This document shows, piece by piece, positions 16,278-26,061 of a stretch of 64,000 bases of DNA. The translations under genes were made by a program, and so were the position numbers. The stretch covers positions 18,827-82,826 of the forward strand of contig JBQLZK010000028.1 in NCBI GenBank assembly GCA_052168235.1, read 5' to 3'. The notes beneath the pieces are model-generated. The model was not told the origin of the DNA. It did not search any database and was given only the letters and a program-made list of their open reading frames with translations. The number at the start of each line of letters is the position of its first letter. The stretch's first letter is position 1. Origin of the DNA: Thainema sp. GTDB lineage: Bacteria; Cyanobacteriota; Cyanobacteriia; Phormidesmidales; Phormidesmidaceae.

Positions 16278-17663
16278 CTAAACCTTGGCCACTGATTCTG
16301 TCAATCGTGATTCCGATTTATCGGGAATGTTCTGATCGGGGATAGAAGGCAGCTCGTCGTCGCCAGTAATTAAGCGTGCGCCCCGCTTGCGGGTGAAGTA
16401 GTTCCAGCCCCACTGGAGCATAACCAGCAGCTTGTTGTCGAACTCGATTAGATAATAGATGTGAACAAAGATCCAGATCAGCCAAGCGAAGAAGCCCTTC
16501 ATCTTGACTCCTTTCATATTGACCACAGCAGCATGGCGACCGATCACGGCCAAACTGCCCATATCGTTATAGTGGAAGGGCTGAATTTGTTCACCTTTCA
16601 GCCGAGCGCGAATTGCCTTCGCAACATATTGACCTTGCTGCATTGCCACCGGAGCCACACCGGGTAGTGGACGATTGTCCTGATGAGCATAATGAGCCAA
16701 GTCGCCAATCACAAAAATATTGGGGTAGGTCGGTAAGCTCAAGTCAGGGCTCACAATGACGCGACCAACTCGATCCAGTTCTGCTCCCGTCCGCTCAGCA
16801 AGCTTGCGGCCCATGGGGGATGCTTTAACGCCAGCTGCCCATAGAACTGTACAGGAGCGCATCTCATCAACATCATCGCCCCGTTTGATCGTGACCACAT
16901 CGCCATCAATATTGGTTACTAGCGATCGCGTTTGCACCGTGACGCCAAGTTGAGCCAGTGATTTTTCAGCCTCTGCTGATAGTTCGGGTGGATAGGGAGG
17001 CAACACCCGATCCATTCCCTCTAAGAGCAAAATGCGCGTTTCGGACGTGTTGATCGACTGGAAATCATCGCGCAGAGTCCCATAGGCAAGTTCAGCTAAA
17101 GCACCAGCTAACTCAACTCCCGTTGGGCCACCACCCACGACGACAAAGGTTAGTAAGGCTTTGCGCTTTTCCGGATCTGTTTCCTTTTCAGCTGCTTCAA
17201 ATGCCAAGAAGATGCGGCGACGGACTTCCAAGGCATCTTCGATGGTTTTCATGCCTGGTGCAACGTCGGCCCACTGATCGTTGCCAAAGTAGTGGTGGCT
17301 AACGCCTGTTGCCAGAATTAAGCTGTCGTAGCTCACCTCTTTGCCATCTTTGAGAATAACTTTCTTCTCATCGGCGTCAACGTCGATCACTTCACCCATC
17401 AGCACCTGCACATTCTTGTGATGATTCAGGACGGCGCGAATTGGCGAAGAAATATCACCCGCAGACAGTCCGCCTGTTGCCACTTGGTAGAGCAGCGGCT
17501 GGAAGAGGTGAAAATTGCGCTTATCAATTAGGGTTATTTGGACAGGCAAACCGCTTAACGCTTTCGCTGCATAGAGTCCGCCAAACCCTCCACCTACAAT
17601 CACGATATGGTGAGAATTTGCGGTTGTTCGGCTTGATTGGCTAGAGAGTTGTTGCTGCGTCAT
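16278..17663 (-). CDS. ndb: Type II NADH dehydrogenase (NDH-2)
   Basis: IVIVGGGFGGL, FQPLLYQVATG, FVVVGGGPTGVELAG, IFVIGD, PGVAPVAMQQG. Confidence 0.92.
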   Translation of the reverse strand: MTQQQLSSQSSRTTANSHHIVIVGGGFGGLYAAKALSGLPVQITLIDKRNFHLFQPLLYQVATGGLSAGDISSPIRAVLNHHKNVQVLMGEVIDVDADEKKVILKDGKEVSYDSLILATGVSHHYFGNDQWADVAPGMKTIEDALEVRRRIFLAFEAAEKETDPEKRKALLTFVVVGGGPTGVELAGALAELAYGTLRDDFQSINTSETRILLLEGMDRVLPPYPPELSAEAEKSLAQLGVTVQTRSLVTNIDGDVVTIKRGDDVDEMRSCTVLWAAGVKASPMGRKLAERTGAELDRVGRVIVSPDLSLPTYPNIFVIGDLAHYAHQDNRPLPGVAPVAMQQGQYVAKAIRARLKGEQIQPFHYNDMGSLAVIGRHAAVVNMKGVKMKGFFAWLIWIFVHIYYLIEFDNKLLVMLQWGWNYFTRKRGARLITGDDELPSIPDQNIPDKSESRLTESVAKV

Positions 17664-18235
17664 GGCGGTCGTTTCCTTATTACCTAGTCCTGGATTGACG
17701 AATGACGAATAGCGAACTCGACTACTCGTCTTGTTGCAAAAGTTAACCTAATCACTCCGAATATTTTACACAAGTTTATGTTCGTCGTTATAAAAGGTGG
17801 GTATTAACCGATACGGTGCGATTTAACTTTATGAGGTGTATCGTTTCTTCACAAAATTGTTACACACTACAGCTAGCCGGATGACAGACCAAACTTGCAG
17901 TTGGGAACACTGGATAACAAAGGTTCGTCTTGGTTGACATTCGTCTGAAAGAGTGGCGAATTCAGATCACAGCAACAAAGACGTATCAATCATCACCATG
18001 TAAATAGGTTGTGGCTACTACGTTGTCTATAACCTTAGCCTCGATCTAATTGAGTGCGCATCTACAATCATGCAGAATCCGATTGAAGTAGACTTTCATG
18101 TGTCGAACTGCCGAATTCTGCGGTAGTGATGAATTTCAGGCCCCCGGAAGCTCGTTTATGCGCAAACGTCGAAATACACAAGATTCGATGTAAACACGGT
18201 GCTGTTTAGCTTAGGGATGCGTCAGGCTGAATATT

Positions 18236-20170
18236 ATGCTGGGTGACACAATTGGTGGACGATATCAAATTCAGGAGTATTTGGGAGGTGGAGGTTTTGG
18301 GCAGACCTATCTGGCTCAGGATATTCACTTACCAGGCTGTCCGAAATGTGTCATCAAGCAACTGAAACCGAAGGTTGCAGATCCGATTACATTACAATCA
18401 GCCCGTCGTCTATTCGATACAGAGGCGCAGGCGCTATATGCATTGGGCAGTCACGATCGCATTCCCCGGCTGCTAGCGCACTTTGAGGAAAATCAGCAGT
18501 TTTATCTGGCCCAAGAACTGATTGAAGGCCAACTGCTGAGCCAAGAATTGGGTTCGGGCCGCTGCTGGAGCGAGGCCAAAGTGATTGATGTGCTCGACGA
18601 TTTGCTGAGTACATTGGCCTTTGTGCATGAGCAGGGGGTAATTCATCGCGATATCAAGCCGTCGAATCTGATTCGGCGACAAGTGGATCAAAAGATTGTG
18701 ATGATTGACTTTGGCTCTGTCAAACAGGTGGGCCATTTATCTGCGATCGCACAAGAGCAGGGTCAGGTGAGTATTACCATCGCCGTCGGTTCACTGGGCT
18801 ATATGCCGAATGAGCAACTAGCGGGGCAGCCCTGTTTGAGTAGTGATATCTATGCGGTGGGGATGCTAGCGATTCAGGCGCTGACGGGGATTGATCCCAA
18901 AACGCTGAAGAAAGATGTGCGCACCAGCGAAATTCTGTGGCGCGATCAGGCCGTGGTCAGCGACTGGCTGGCCGACATTATCGACCGCATGGTGCGCTAT
19001 GACTTTCGCCAACGGTATTCGTCAGCCGCAGAAGCGCTCTTTGCCCTACGTCAAGCTCAGGACGATGATGAATTTGAGGCTGATGAAACTATTGCGATCG
19101 CACCAGCGGTATCGCCGCCATTAGCGGCTGTCTGTTCAACTGATGAATCTGAGCAAGATACCGAACTGGAGCATATTGGGCTGGATGAGGCTGCATCAGA
19201 GGATGAGCAGACGCTGGAACTGTATCAGGGCAGCGTGGTGTTCAACCAGTCGGAGGGCCATCTGCTGGTCTGGATGGAGCGGGGTGACGAGCTGTTTCAG
19301 AGCCAGCGATTTGGGGCGGCGCTGGCCTGCTATGAGCGGATTACCCAGGCGCGGCCAGAGGACTACTTGGCCTGGTTTAAACAAGCGATCGCACTGGAAA
19401 ATATGCAGCAGTATGCCAGCGCCGCAGAGTCCTATCAGCAAGTGATTCGGTTGCGTCCCAATGACTATCTGGCCTGGTATCGGCAGGGCAAAGCGCTGGA
19501 AGTCCTCGAACGCTGGCAAGAGGCTTTAGCAGCCTATAGGGAAGTTACCCGCCTCCAGCCTAATAACTACTGGGTGTGGCACGATCGCGGTCAGGTTTTG
19601 GAACAGTTACAGAATCAGGAAGCCGCGATCGCAGCTTACACAAAAGCGGTGCAGATTAAACCCGACTTTCAACTAGCCATCGATAGCCGTAAGCGCTTGC
19701 TGAACCGTCTAGAACGGGTCGAGCAGCTCTATCAGTTGCAGCATTACGAAGATGCGATCGCATCTTGTGATCAGCTGATTGAGCAGGAGCCAGATAACTC
19801 GCTGGCTTGGCTGATGCGCGGTATGGCAATGGAGAACTTGGGCCAGCTTAAAGCCGCTGTCTCTTCCTACGCTAGGGTGACGCGCTTGCAGCCCTCGGAT
19901 CACCTGGCTTGGTACAAGCAAGCCTCGGTGCTGGAAAAAATCGACCGCTATGCGGACGCACTGGCCGCCTATAACCAGGTGGTGGAACTCCAGCCTGAAA
20001 ACTGTTGGGCTTGGCACGATCGCGGTCGCATGTTGGAACAGATTGGTCAACTGGAAGAAGCAGTAGTTTCCTACGATCGGGCTGTACAGCTTAAATCCGG
20101 TTTCCAGGAAGCACTACAAAGCTGCGAACGCGTCATGAATCGGCTCAAGCACCGTCAGGTGTTGCGGTAG
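18236..20170 (+). CDS. Hanks-type Ser/Thr protein kinase with C-terminal TPR repeats
   Basis: LGGGGFGQTY, CVIKQL, IHRDIKPSN, IDFG, SDIYAVG; multiple W...G..L..L..Y..A...Y..A TPR units. Confidence 0.93.
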   Translation: MLGDTIGGRYQIQEYLGGGGFGQTYLAQDIHLPGCPKCVIKQLKPKVADPITLQSARRLFDTEAQALYALGSHDRIPRLLAHFEENQQFYLAQELIEGQLLSQELGSGRCWSEAKVIDVLDDLLSTLAFVHEQGVIHRDIKPSNLIRRQVDQKIVMIDFGSVKQVGHLSAIAQEQGQVSITIAVGSLGYMPNEQLAGQPCLSSDIYAVGMLAIQALTGIDPKTLKKDVRTSEILWRDQAVVSDWLADIIDRMVRYDFRQRYSSAAEALFALRQAQDDDEFEADETIAIAPAVSPPLAAVCSTDESEQDTELEHIGLDEAASEDEQTLELYQGSVVFNQSEGHLLVWMERGDELFQSQRFGAALACYERITQARPEDYLAWFKQAIALENMQQYASAAESYQQVIRLRPNDYLAWYRQGKALEVLERWQEALAAYREVTRLQPNNYWVWHDRGQVLEQLQNQEAAIAAYTKAVQIKPDFQLAIDSRKRLLNRLERVEQLYQLQHYEDAIASCDQLIEQEPDNSLAWLMRGMAMENLGQLKAAVSSYARVTRLQPSDHLAWYKQASVLEKIDRYADALAAYNQVVELQPENCWAWHDRGRMLEQIGQLEEAVVSYDRAVQLKSGFQEALQSCERVMNRLKHRQVLR

Positions 20171-20180
20171 TCGCTACTCT

Positions 20181-22556
20181 TTATCCACGTATCGCCAAAT
20201 AGCCCCAGGTGTAAGCCGTGGGCGCGATGGTATCCATCACCGTAAACTCGGTGGCGGCCAAGAATTTGTAGACATCAAAATAAGCTTCTGCGGTTGGCCA
20301 TTCTCGCGGGTCAGGAAAGGTTTCATCTTCAAATAGCTGAACCGTCCAATAATCACCAAACTGAGTCAAATCCAGAGGGCCAAAGACGGTGATGCCGGGC
20401 GGTGGTGGTTCGCCAATAACGCGCTGATCGATAGCGTTTGGATGCTGCACACTCTGCTGACCTAAACCCGTTGTGTAGACAAGATTTTGGGGATTGGCAC
20501 CAGCGACAAATTGGGTGCCGAGAAGTGCGGCCTTTAGATACTTGTCATCTTGAGTCAGAGCATGGGCACGTAGAATCGGCAGGACTTGTGGGGTACCGAT
20601 GCTCTGACCCCAGCCGATGGGAGCATAAGGATTCGTTTTCACCCAGCGGAAAGCGGTATCTTGACCAAATTTCACCAACTGATCGGCTTCTCGCAGGAGG
20701 GCTTGGTAGGCGTGCTCGTGAATCGCTTCTGCGCCTGCAACAGGTTCGAGCTGAGCATACACATAAGCCGCATCTCGTTGATCATGGCTTCTCCACTCGC
20801 GCGTCGGCACATCGGCATCGGTATACACCGTTGTTTCTAGGAAAATACCGTGCCAGAGATTATCACCCGTCAGGCGATACAGTTCGACGGCTGCGAGGTT
20901 GCGTTCATCGCGAATCCGGTAATCATCAGCGTAATCTTCTTGCTGATAAACCTGTTCGGCATAGGCCATTGCCCGTTGCGCACTATCTTGATACTCCGCT
21001 GCTAAATCCGGCTGTCGTGACTGGAGCCAGTGAGCGGCGCGGGCTGCAACACCCGCATACATGTAGCTTGACCATATATCTGGCGCGTAGGCCATCACGT
21101 CTAACGAAGACTGCCAGCTAGTTTCGCCATACTCGGGGTGTTCTGCTGTTTCAATGCCTCCACGGATACCCCCATCGGGCGTTTGTAGTCGTTTAAAGAA
21201 ATCGAGGCTCCAAAGCGCTTCGTCAATTACATCCGGTAAGGCATTGTCTGATTCAGGAATATTCAGGCTGATTGAGCTGAGCTGAGTGGGAAACTGCTCC
21301 GCCAGTTCAAACAGCAGCCGGGGAATCTGCAAGTGCTGAATCCGTCGATCCCAATCACCAGCGTCGAAATAGCCACCCCAGGCATTGGGTACAACCTCAT
21401 TCGTCTTACCCTCTAAGAGGGCTGCAAAGGCATTTTGCTCACCAATACCCATATTGGTGTCCATCAGCTTCGCGTCGGACTGATACACCACGACGCCATC
21501 ATCAGGATGGAAGGGGCGAGGGCGCTTAACTGTGGTGTATGGTGGGCTGAGTTCAATGCCGCTGCGCTGATGATAAAGACCGCGCGTAGAGGTGATAAAT
21601 GCCTGCTGCCAAGCGCCCATTTCAATGGGAAAGGAGAATGAGCAGCCCACGGTATCGACACAAACGCGATACTCGCCTGGTTGGTTGAACTCGCTGAAGT
21701 CGAGGGTATAAACATCCGTTAGGGTATAGTCGCGATCGCGCGGATCTTCCTTGGCGTCTTTTCGATGCGTCAGCTGGGCTTGTCCGGTATAGACTGCTTG
21801 GTCGGTTGCCTCGTCAACCAAGGAAAATGATGGCGTGTTCGGATAGCCTAAGCTGCCGCCGTTGCCCATCCAGAGGGAGAGAAACGCCACCTTTGCCGGA
21901 TCATCGGGCCGAAAGCCAATTTGGGAGACATGCACCGCTTCGCTACGGATAGACTGCGGCTGATAGTCAAACGTGATGTTTTGCAAGCGCCCGTCTTGAA
22001 ACTGCACATCATAGGTATTGCCCGGTGTCAGATCGGTGGGCAACTGTAAGTAAATGCGGTGCTCAAGCGGCCATTCATGTGTATTTGGCCCAGTTTGTGC
22101 CCAGTCGGTTGGGCGAGTTTTACGGTAGACCGCTGTGGGTGTCATCGGTTGACGGTAGGCCGGATCAGTGCGGGAAACAATCTGATAGCTACTGGTGCGA
22201 TCGGCCCAGTTGGGACTGAGAAACTCACCTTCCACCCGGTCATAGGTATACAAAATATCCTCATCTTTACCAATCAGCGTGCCGATCGTTTGGCCGTTAC
22301 GCTGAACCTGTGGCTGTAGCTGGTCATCTTTCGTCGGGCGCTGGTCGCCGGGCTGAGGCTGATAGGGAAGCTGTTCGGCATAGTTCACTTCACCATTTTC
22401 AACTGCGATCGCAAGTACATCTTGCCGGACGGTATACACCTGCTGCACAGGTAAGCGGTCGGTTTGCTGCAAGAAAGACAAAGCACAAGATCCTGTCATT
22501 ACAATCAGCAGCGTGGCAAAAGCGAGTCTAATAAACCAACGACGTCCTCGGCGCAT
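20181..22556 (-). CDS. Glycoside hydrolase family 9 (cellulase-like) with Ig-like domain, probably exported
   Basis: VHVSQIGF.P...K.A, G.YHQRSG, GGYFDAGD, GANP....YTTGLG and a C-terminal TEFTV Glu; hydrophobic N-terminus ending TGSC; start uncertain (22589 or 22556). Confidence 0.85.
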   Translation of the reverse strand: MRRGRRWFIRLAFATLLIVMTGSCALSFLQQTDRLPVQQVYTVRQDVLAIAVENGEVNYAEQLPYQPQPGDQRPTKDDQLQPQVQRNGQTIGTLIGKDEDILYTYDRVEGEFLSPNWADRTSSYQIVSRTDPAYRQPMTPTAVYRKTRPTDWAQTGPNTHEWPLEHRIYLQLPTDLTPGNTYDVQFQDGRLQNITFDYQPQSIRSEAVHVSQIGFRPDDPAKVAFLSLWMGNGGSLGYPNTPSFSLVDEATDQAVYTGQAQLTHRKDAKEDPRDRDYTLTDVYTLDFSEFNQPGEYRVCVDTVGCSFSFPIEMGAWQQAFITSTRGLYHQRSGIELSPPYTTVKRPRPFHPDDGVVVYQSDAKLMDTNMGIGEQNAFAALLEGKTNEVVPNAWGGYFDAGDWDRRIQHLQIPRLLFELAEQFPTQLSSISLNIPESDNALPDVIDEALWSLDFFKRLQTPDGGIRGGIETAEHPEYGETSWQSSLDVMAYAPDIWSSYMYAGVAARAAHWLQSRQPDLAAEYQDSAQRAMAYAEQVYQQEDYADDYRIRDERNLAAVELYRLTGDNLWHGIFLETTVYTDADVPTREWRSHDQRDAAYVYAQLEPVAGAEAIHEHAYQALLREADQLVKFGQDTAFRWVKTNPYAPIGWGQSIGTPQVLPILRAHALTQDDKYLKAALLGTQFVAGANPQNLVYTTGLGQQSVQHPNAIDQRVIGEPPPPGITVFGPLDLTQFGDYWTVQLFEDETFPDPREWPTAEAYFDVYKFLAATEFTVMDTIAPTAYTWGYLAIRG

Positions 22557-22604
22557 AAGTAAAACCCAGTTAGTAAATCCGGATAGCAAAGCTAGTGGTT
22601 GGCC

Positions 22605-22660
22605 CCAGTGTGTTGGGTGATGTGAATTCCCCTAGGAGTTCATGCCACCCAACACACTGG
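22605..22660. other. 56-bp imperfect hairpin upstream of the GH9 gene
   Basis: CCAGTGTGTTGGGTG...CACCCAACACACTGG 15-bp perfect arms plus an inner stem. Confidence 0.7.
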
Positions 22661-22960
22661 ACGCTGTACTAGAGTGGCGTGTTGCCTTTCCTACACTGCC
22701 ACATCTTTTAATCTGCTGTAGCGTTAGGCGAATGAGAACCGTAAAACGGTTGATTCGTCTAGATTTCACGATTTGAGCTATAGGAGTTTACGGTGCCTTA
22801 AAAATTATTGCCGAAGGCTTTGTGAAGGGTTTTACTCGTGCGTGACTTAACGATCTGATGACAGATAGACCTCACATAACCCTAACAATTTATAGTTCTG
22901 TAAAACTTGTCTACATACGCCGTGATAAATCAGATACCGTGAGGTTGTAGGAACAGTTTG

Positions 22961-23195
22961 GAAGAGAGACTAAAACAACATTTTCTGAACAAAAATCAGC
23001 TTGGAAAATATGTTCACAAAAATAGCCCTTTGATGGAGCTAAATGGACTTAAACAATTTGGCTATTTCTCTGCTCAGCTTTCTCAGTATTGATATCAAAT
23101 TCCGCATGAATCATAGATTGACACGTGTTGGTGAGTATCAAAAATATGGGCAGACTAGAATTGGCTCAAGGATCTGAAGAGAGACTAAAACAACA
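22961..23195 (+). repeat. Exact 20-bp direct repeat pair in the hox promoter region
   Basis: GAAGAGAGACTAAAACAACA at 22961-22980 and 23176-23195. Confidence 0.8.
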
Positions 23196-23571
23196 CAAAT
23201 CGAGCAAAAGTCGCTGTAGCAAAATCTTGACATCATCCTGACATTGATGCGATCGCAATTAGATAGAAAAGCGACTGAATAGAAGAGCAGATTGCTCACT
23301 TTTGGGCCAGTTAAATGTCACGCATTGATTCACAAAAAGCAGTTCAGATTTTATTTTTTCTTAAGGCAGTTGGTACTCTTTAGAGCTTTAGTTGGCGATT
23401 AGAATATTCGTGTCTTGTCAATGCTCGCTTTAAGACGATTAACAGCTCAGATTCGGAGATATTGGGGTGATCCAATCTTGGCTTTAGCCTGCGTTTCAAA
23501 TGTAAATAATTGCTTAAGTCTGACTGCTCCTTACATCCCTGCTCCCTTCGTTGCTTCATGAGGAAATGTTT

Positions 23572-24114
23572 ATGATTGCCACCTCTAGCACCACGCCCAC
23601 AGACGAAACCAACGCCAAGACCTCACTGAATAAACCCGATCAACCTGCTGCCGATCGTCGTTTTAAGCGGCTCGATATGACGATGAAGCGGCATCAACAC
23701 CGAGGGGATGCCCTGATTGAAGTTTTGCATGCGGCACAGGATGCCTTTGGTTATCTCGAAGAAGATGTGCTGGCCTATATCGCTCAGGGCCTGAAGCTGC
23801 CGCTGAGCCGGGTGTACGGCGTTGCCACGTTTTACCATCTGTTTTCGCTGAAGCCCAGCGGTGCCCATAGCTGCGTCGTCTGTATGGGCACCGCCTGCTA
23901 TGTCAAAGGCAGCGGCAAGGTGATGGATGCACTGCAGGCTGAGCTGGGTGTCGAGGCTGGAGAAACTACGCCGGATGGTCAGGTTTCGCTGATGGCGGCC
24001 CGCTGCTTGGGAGCCTGTGGTATTGCTCCGGCGGCTGTATTTGATGGCACAGTGGCGGGCAAGTTGGATGCCAATACTGCCTTGGCGAAGGTTAAAGCCT
24101 GGGAGCAGGAATAA
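23572..24114 (+). CDS. hoxE: Bidirectional hydrogenase subunit HoxE
   Basis: DALIEVLH.AQ..FGYL, SRVYGVATFYH, C.VCMGTACYVKG, ARCLGACG.AP; GAGGA RBS. Confidence 0.95.
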   Translation: MIATSSTTPTDETNAKTSLNKPDQPAADRRFKRLDMTMKRHQHRGDALIEVLHAAQDAFGYLEEDVLAYIAQGLKLPLSRVYGVATFYHLFSLKPSGAHSCVVCMGTACYVKGSGKVMDALQAELGVEAGETTPDGQVSLMAARCLGACGIAPAAVFDGTVAGKLDANTALAKVKAWEQE

Positions 24115-24241
24115 CGAGTCAAGAAAACGAGTCAAGACGATCTGCATCAACGCGAACGGCTGACGTTATGACACCACCCCACCTATCGGCATGATTCTCG
24201 ACATGATGAGTCTGCAACGGTGAACAAGGAGAATTTTGATT

Positions 24242-25891
24242 ATGGATTTAACCGAATTAAGAGAAGTTGCTGCGGCTGAGAGAGCGCGCCAAAAGCCGAT
24301 TCGAATTCACTGCTGCACCTCCACAGGTTGTCGAGCTGCCCAGTCCACAGCGGTGATGGCGAATATGCAGGCGGCTGTGGAAGAAGCTGAATTGTGCGAT
24401 CGCATCGAAGTGGTGGGTGTGGGCTGCATGGGGTTCTGTGGACGGGGGCCACTGGTGCAGGTTGATCCCAGTGATGATTTGTATGAGGAAGTGGTACCGG
24501 AGGATGCGGCCAGTATCATTAGCGCCCTGAATGGCGGCGAGGCTAAGCCGATCAAGGGCGACCCGCAGCACCCCTTCTTTGCCCGCCAGCAGAAGATTGT
24601 GCGGAAGCACAGCGGCAAGGTTGATCCGGAGCGGATTGAAGAGTATATCGCCGTCGGTGGCTACGAGTCGCTGTATAAAGCGCTGTATGAGATGACGCCA
24701 GCAGAGGTGGTGGCGGAAATCAGCAATAGCGGTCTGCGTGGGCGGGGCGGCGGTGGCTATCCCACGGGCCTGAAGTGGGCGACGGTGGCCAAAATGCCCG
24801 GCGATCAGAAGTACGTCATCTGCAATGGTGACGAGGGCGATCCCGGTGCGTTTATGGATCGGAGCGTCTTGGAGAGCGATCCCCACCTGGTTCTGGAAGG
24901 AATGGCGATCGCAGGCTATGCGATTGGGGCTAATCACGGCTACATCTACGTGCGGGCCGAGTATCCCCTGGCGATTAAGCGGCTGCAAAAAGCGATTCAG
25001 CAGGCGAAAAAGTATGGCCTGATGGGTAGCCAGATTTTCGACTCGCCCTTTGACTTCAAGGTAGACATTCGGATTGGCGCAGGCGCATTTGTCTGTGGAG
25101 AAGAAACGGCGCTGATCTTCTCGATTGAAGGCAAGCGCGGCAATCCGCGTCCCCGTCCGCCCTATCCGGCTCAGTCCGGTTTGTGGGACTGCCCGACGCT
25201 GATTAACAACGTCGAAACCTTTGCCAATATTGCCACCATCGTCCAGAAAGGCGCTGACTGGTACGCCAGCATTGGCACCGAAAAGAGCAAGGGCACCAAG
25301 ATCTTTGCGCTGACGGGCAAGATTCTCAACAATGGCCTGATTGAAGTGCCAATGGGGATCACGCTGCGGGAAATTGTGGAGGAAATGGGCGGCGGCGTGC
25401 CCGATGGCGAAGTGAAGGCGGTGCAGACAGGCGGCCCGTCCGGTGGCTGCATTCCGGCTTCCATGCTAGATACGCCAGTGGACTATGACTCCCTGATGCA
25501 GATTGGCTCAATGATGGGTTCTGGCGGCATGGTGGTGATGGATCAAACCACCAGCATGGTTGAGGTAGCTCGCTTCTATATGGAGTTCTGCCGGGGTGAA
25601 ACCTGCGGTAAGTGCGTTCCCTGCCGGACGGGGACGGTACAGCTTTATGCCATGCTGACCAAGCTGGTGAATGGAGACGCCACCGAAGCGGATTTGGAGC
25701 GGATGAAAGCCCTTTGCTACATGGTGAAAGAAACCAGCCTCTGTGGCTTAGGCATGACGGCTCCCAACCCGATTCTGAGTACGCTGCACTTTTTTCCCGA
25801 AGAATATCAAGTGCTGTTGCGATCGCCTGCCTATCTGGACGCTACGCATAATGGCAAATCCGCCGATGCCGCGACCGTTTCAGCCTCCTAA
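24242..25891 (+). CDS. hoxF: Bidirectional hydrogenase diaphorase subunit HoxF
   Basis: [57 protein letters not shown]. Confidence 0.95.
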   Translation: MDLTELREVAAAERARQKPIRIHCCTSTGCRAAQSTAVMANMQAAVEEAELCDRIEVVGVGCMGFCGRGPLVQVDPSDDLYEEVVPEDAASIISALNGGEAKPIKGDPQHPFFARQQKIVRKHSGKVDPERIEEYIAVGGYESLYKALYEMTPAEVVAEISNSGLRGRGGGGYPTGLKWATVAKMPGDQKYVICNGDEGDPGAFMDRSVLESDPHLVLEGMAIAGYAIGANHGYIYVRAEYPLAIKRLQKAIQQAKKYGLMGSQIFDSPFDFKVDIRIGAGAFVCGEETALIFSIEGKRGNPRPRPPYPAQSGLWDCPTLINNVETFANIATIVQKGADWYASIGTEKSKGTKIFALTGKILNNGLIEVPMGITLREIVEEMGGGVPDGEVKAVQTGGPSGGCIPASMLDTPVDYDSLMQIGSMMGSGGMVVMDQTTSMVEVARFYMEFCRGETCGKCVPCRTGTVQLYAMLTKLVNGDATEADLERMKALCYMVKETSLCGLGMTAPNPILSTLHFFPEEYQVLLRSPAYLDATHNGKSADAATVSAS

Positions 25892-25915
25892 CTGTTTTCC
25901 CTACGAAACGCCTGG

Positions 25916-25982
25916 TAGGGGCGGGTTTAGCCCATAAATGGGAATTTCGATTCAAATCTGATCCACAAAACCCCCTCTTACG
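25916..25982. repeat. REP-like GTAGGG...CTTAC palindrome (long-spacer class)
   Basis: GTAGGGGCGGGTTTAGC...CAAAACCCCCTCTTAC; relatives at 37370, 49906 and 56499. Confidence 0.65.
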
Positions 25983-26061
25983 ATACGCACGACATAACCT
26001 TTCGCGTTCGATATATCCAGCGTTGTTTCAACGCCTATCGCTAAAACGGGATTCTTTAATC

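Noticed and set aside
22780..23550. Rex, FNR, LexA or NtcA boxes upstream of hoxE
   Set aside because: Only half-sites such as TTCACAA and TTGTGAA; spacing does not fit the consensus
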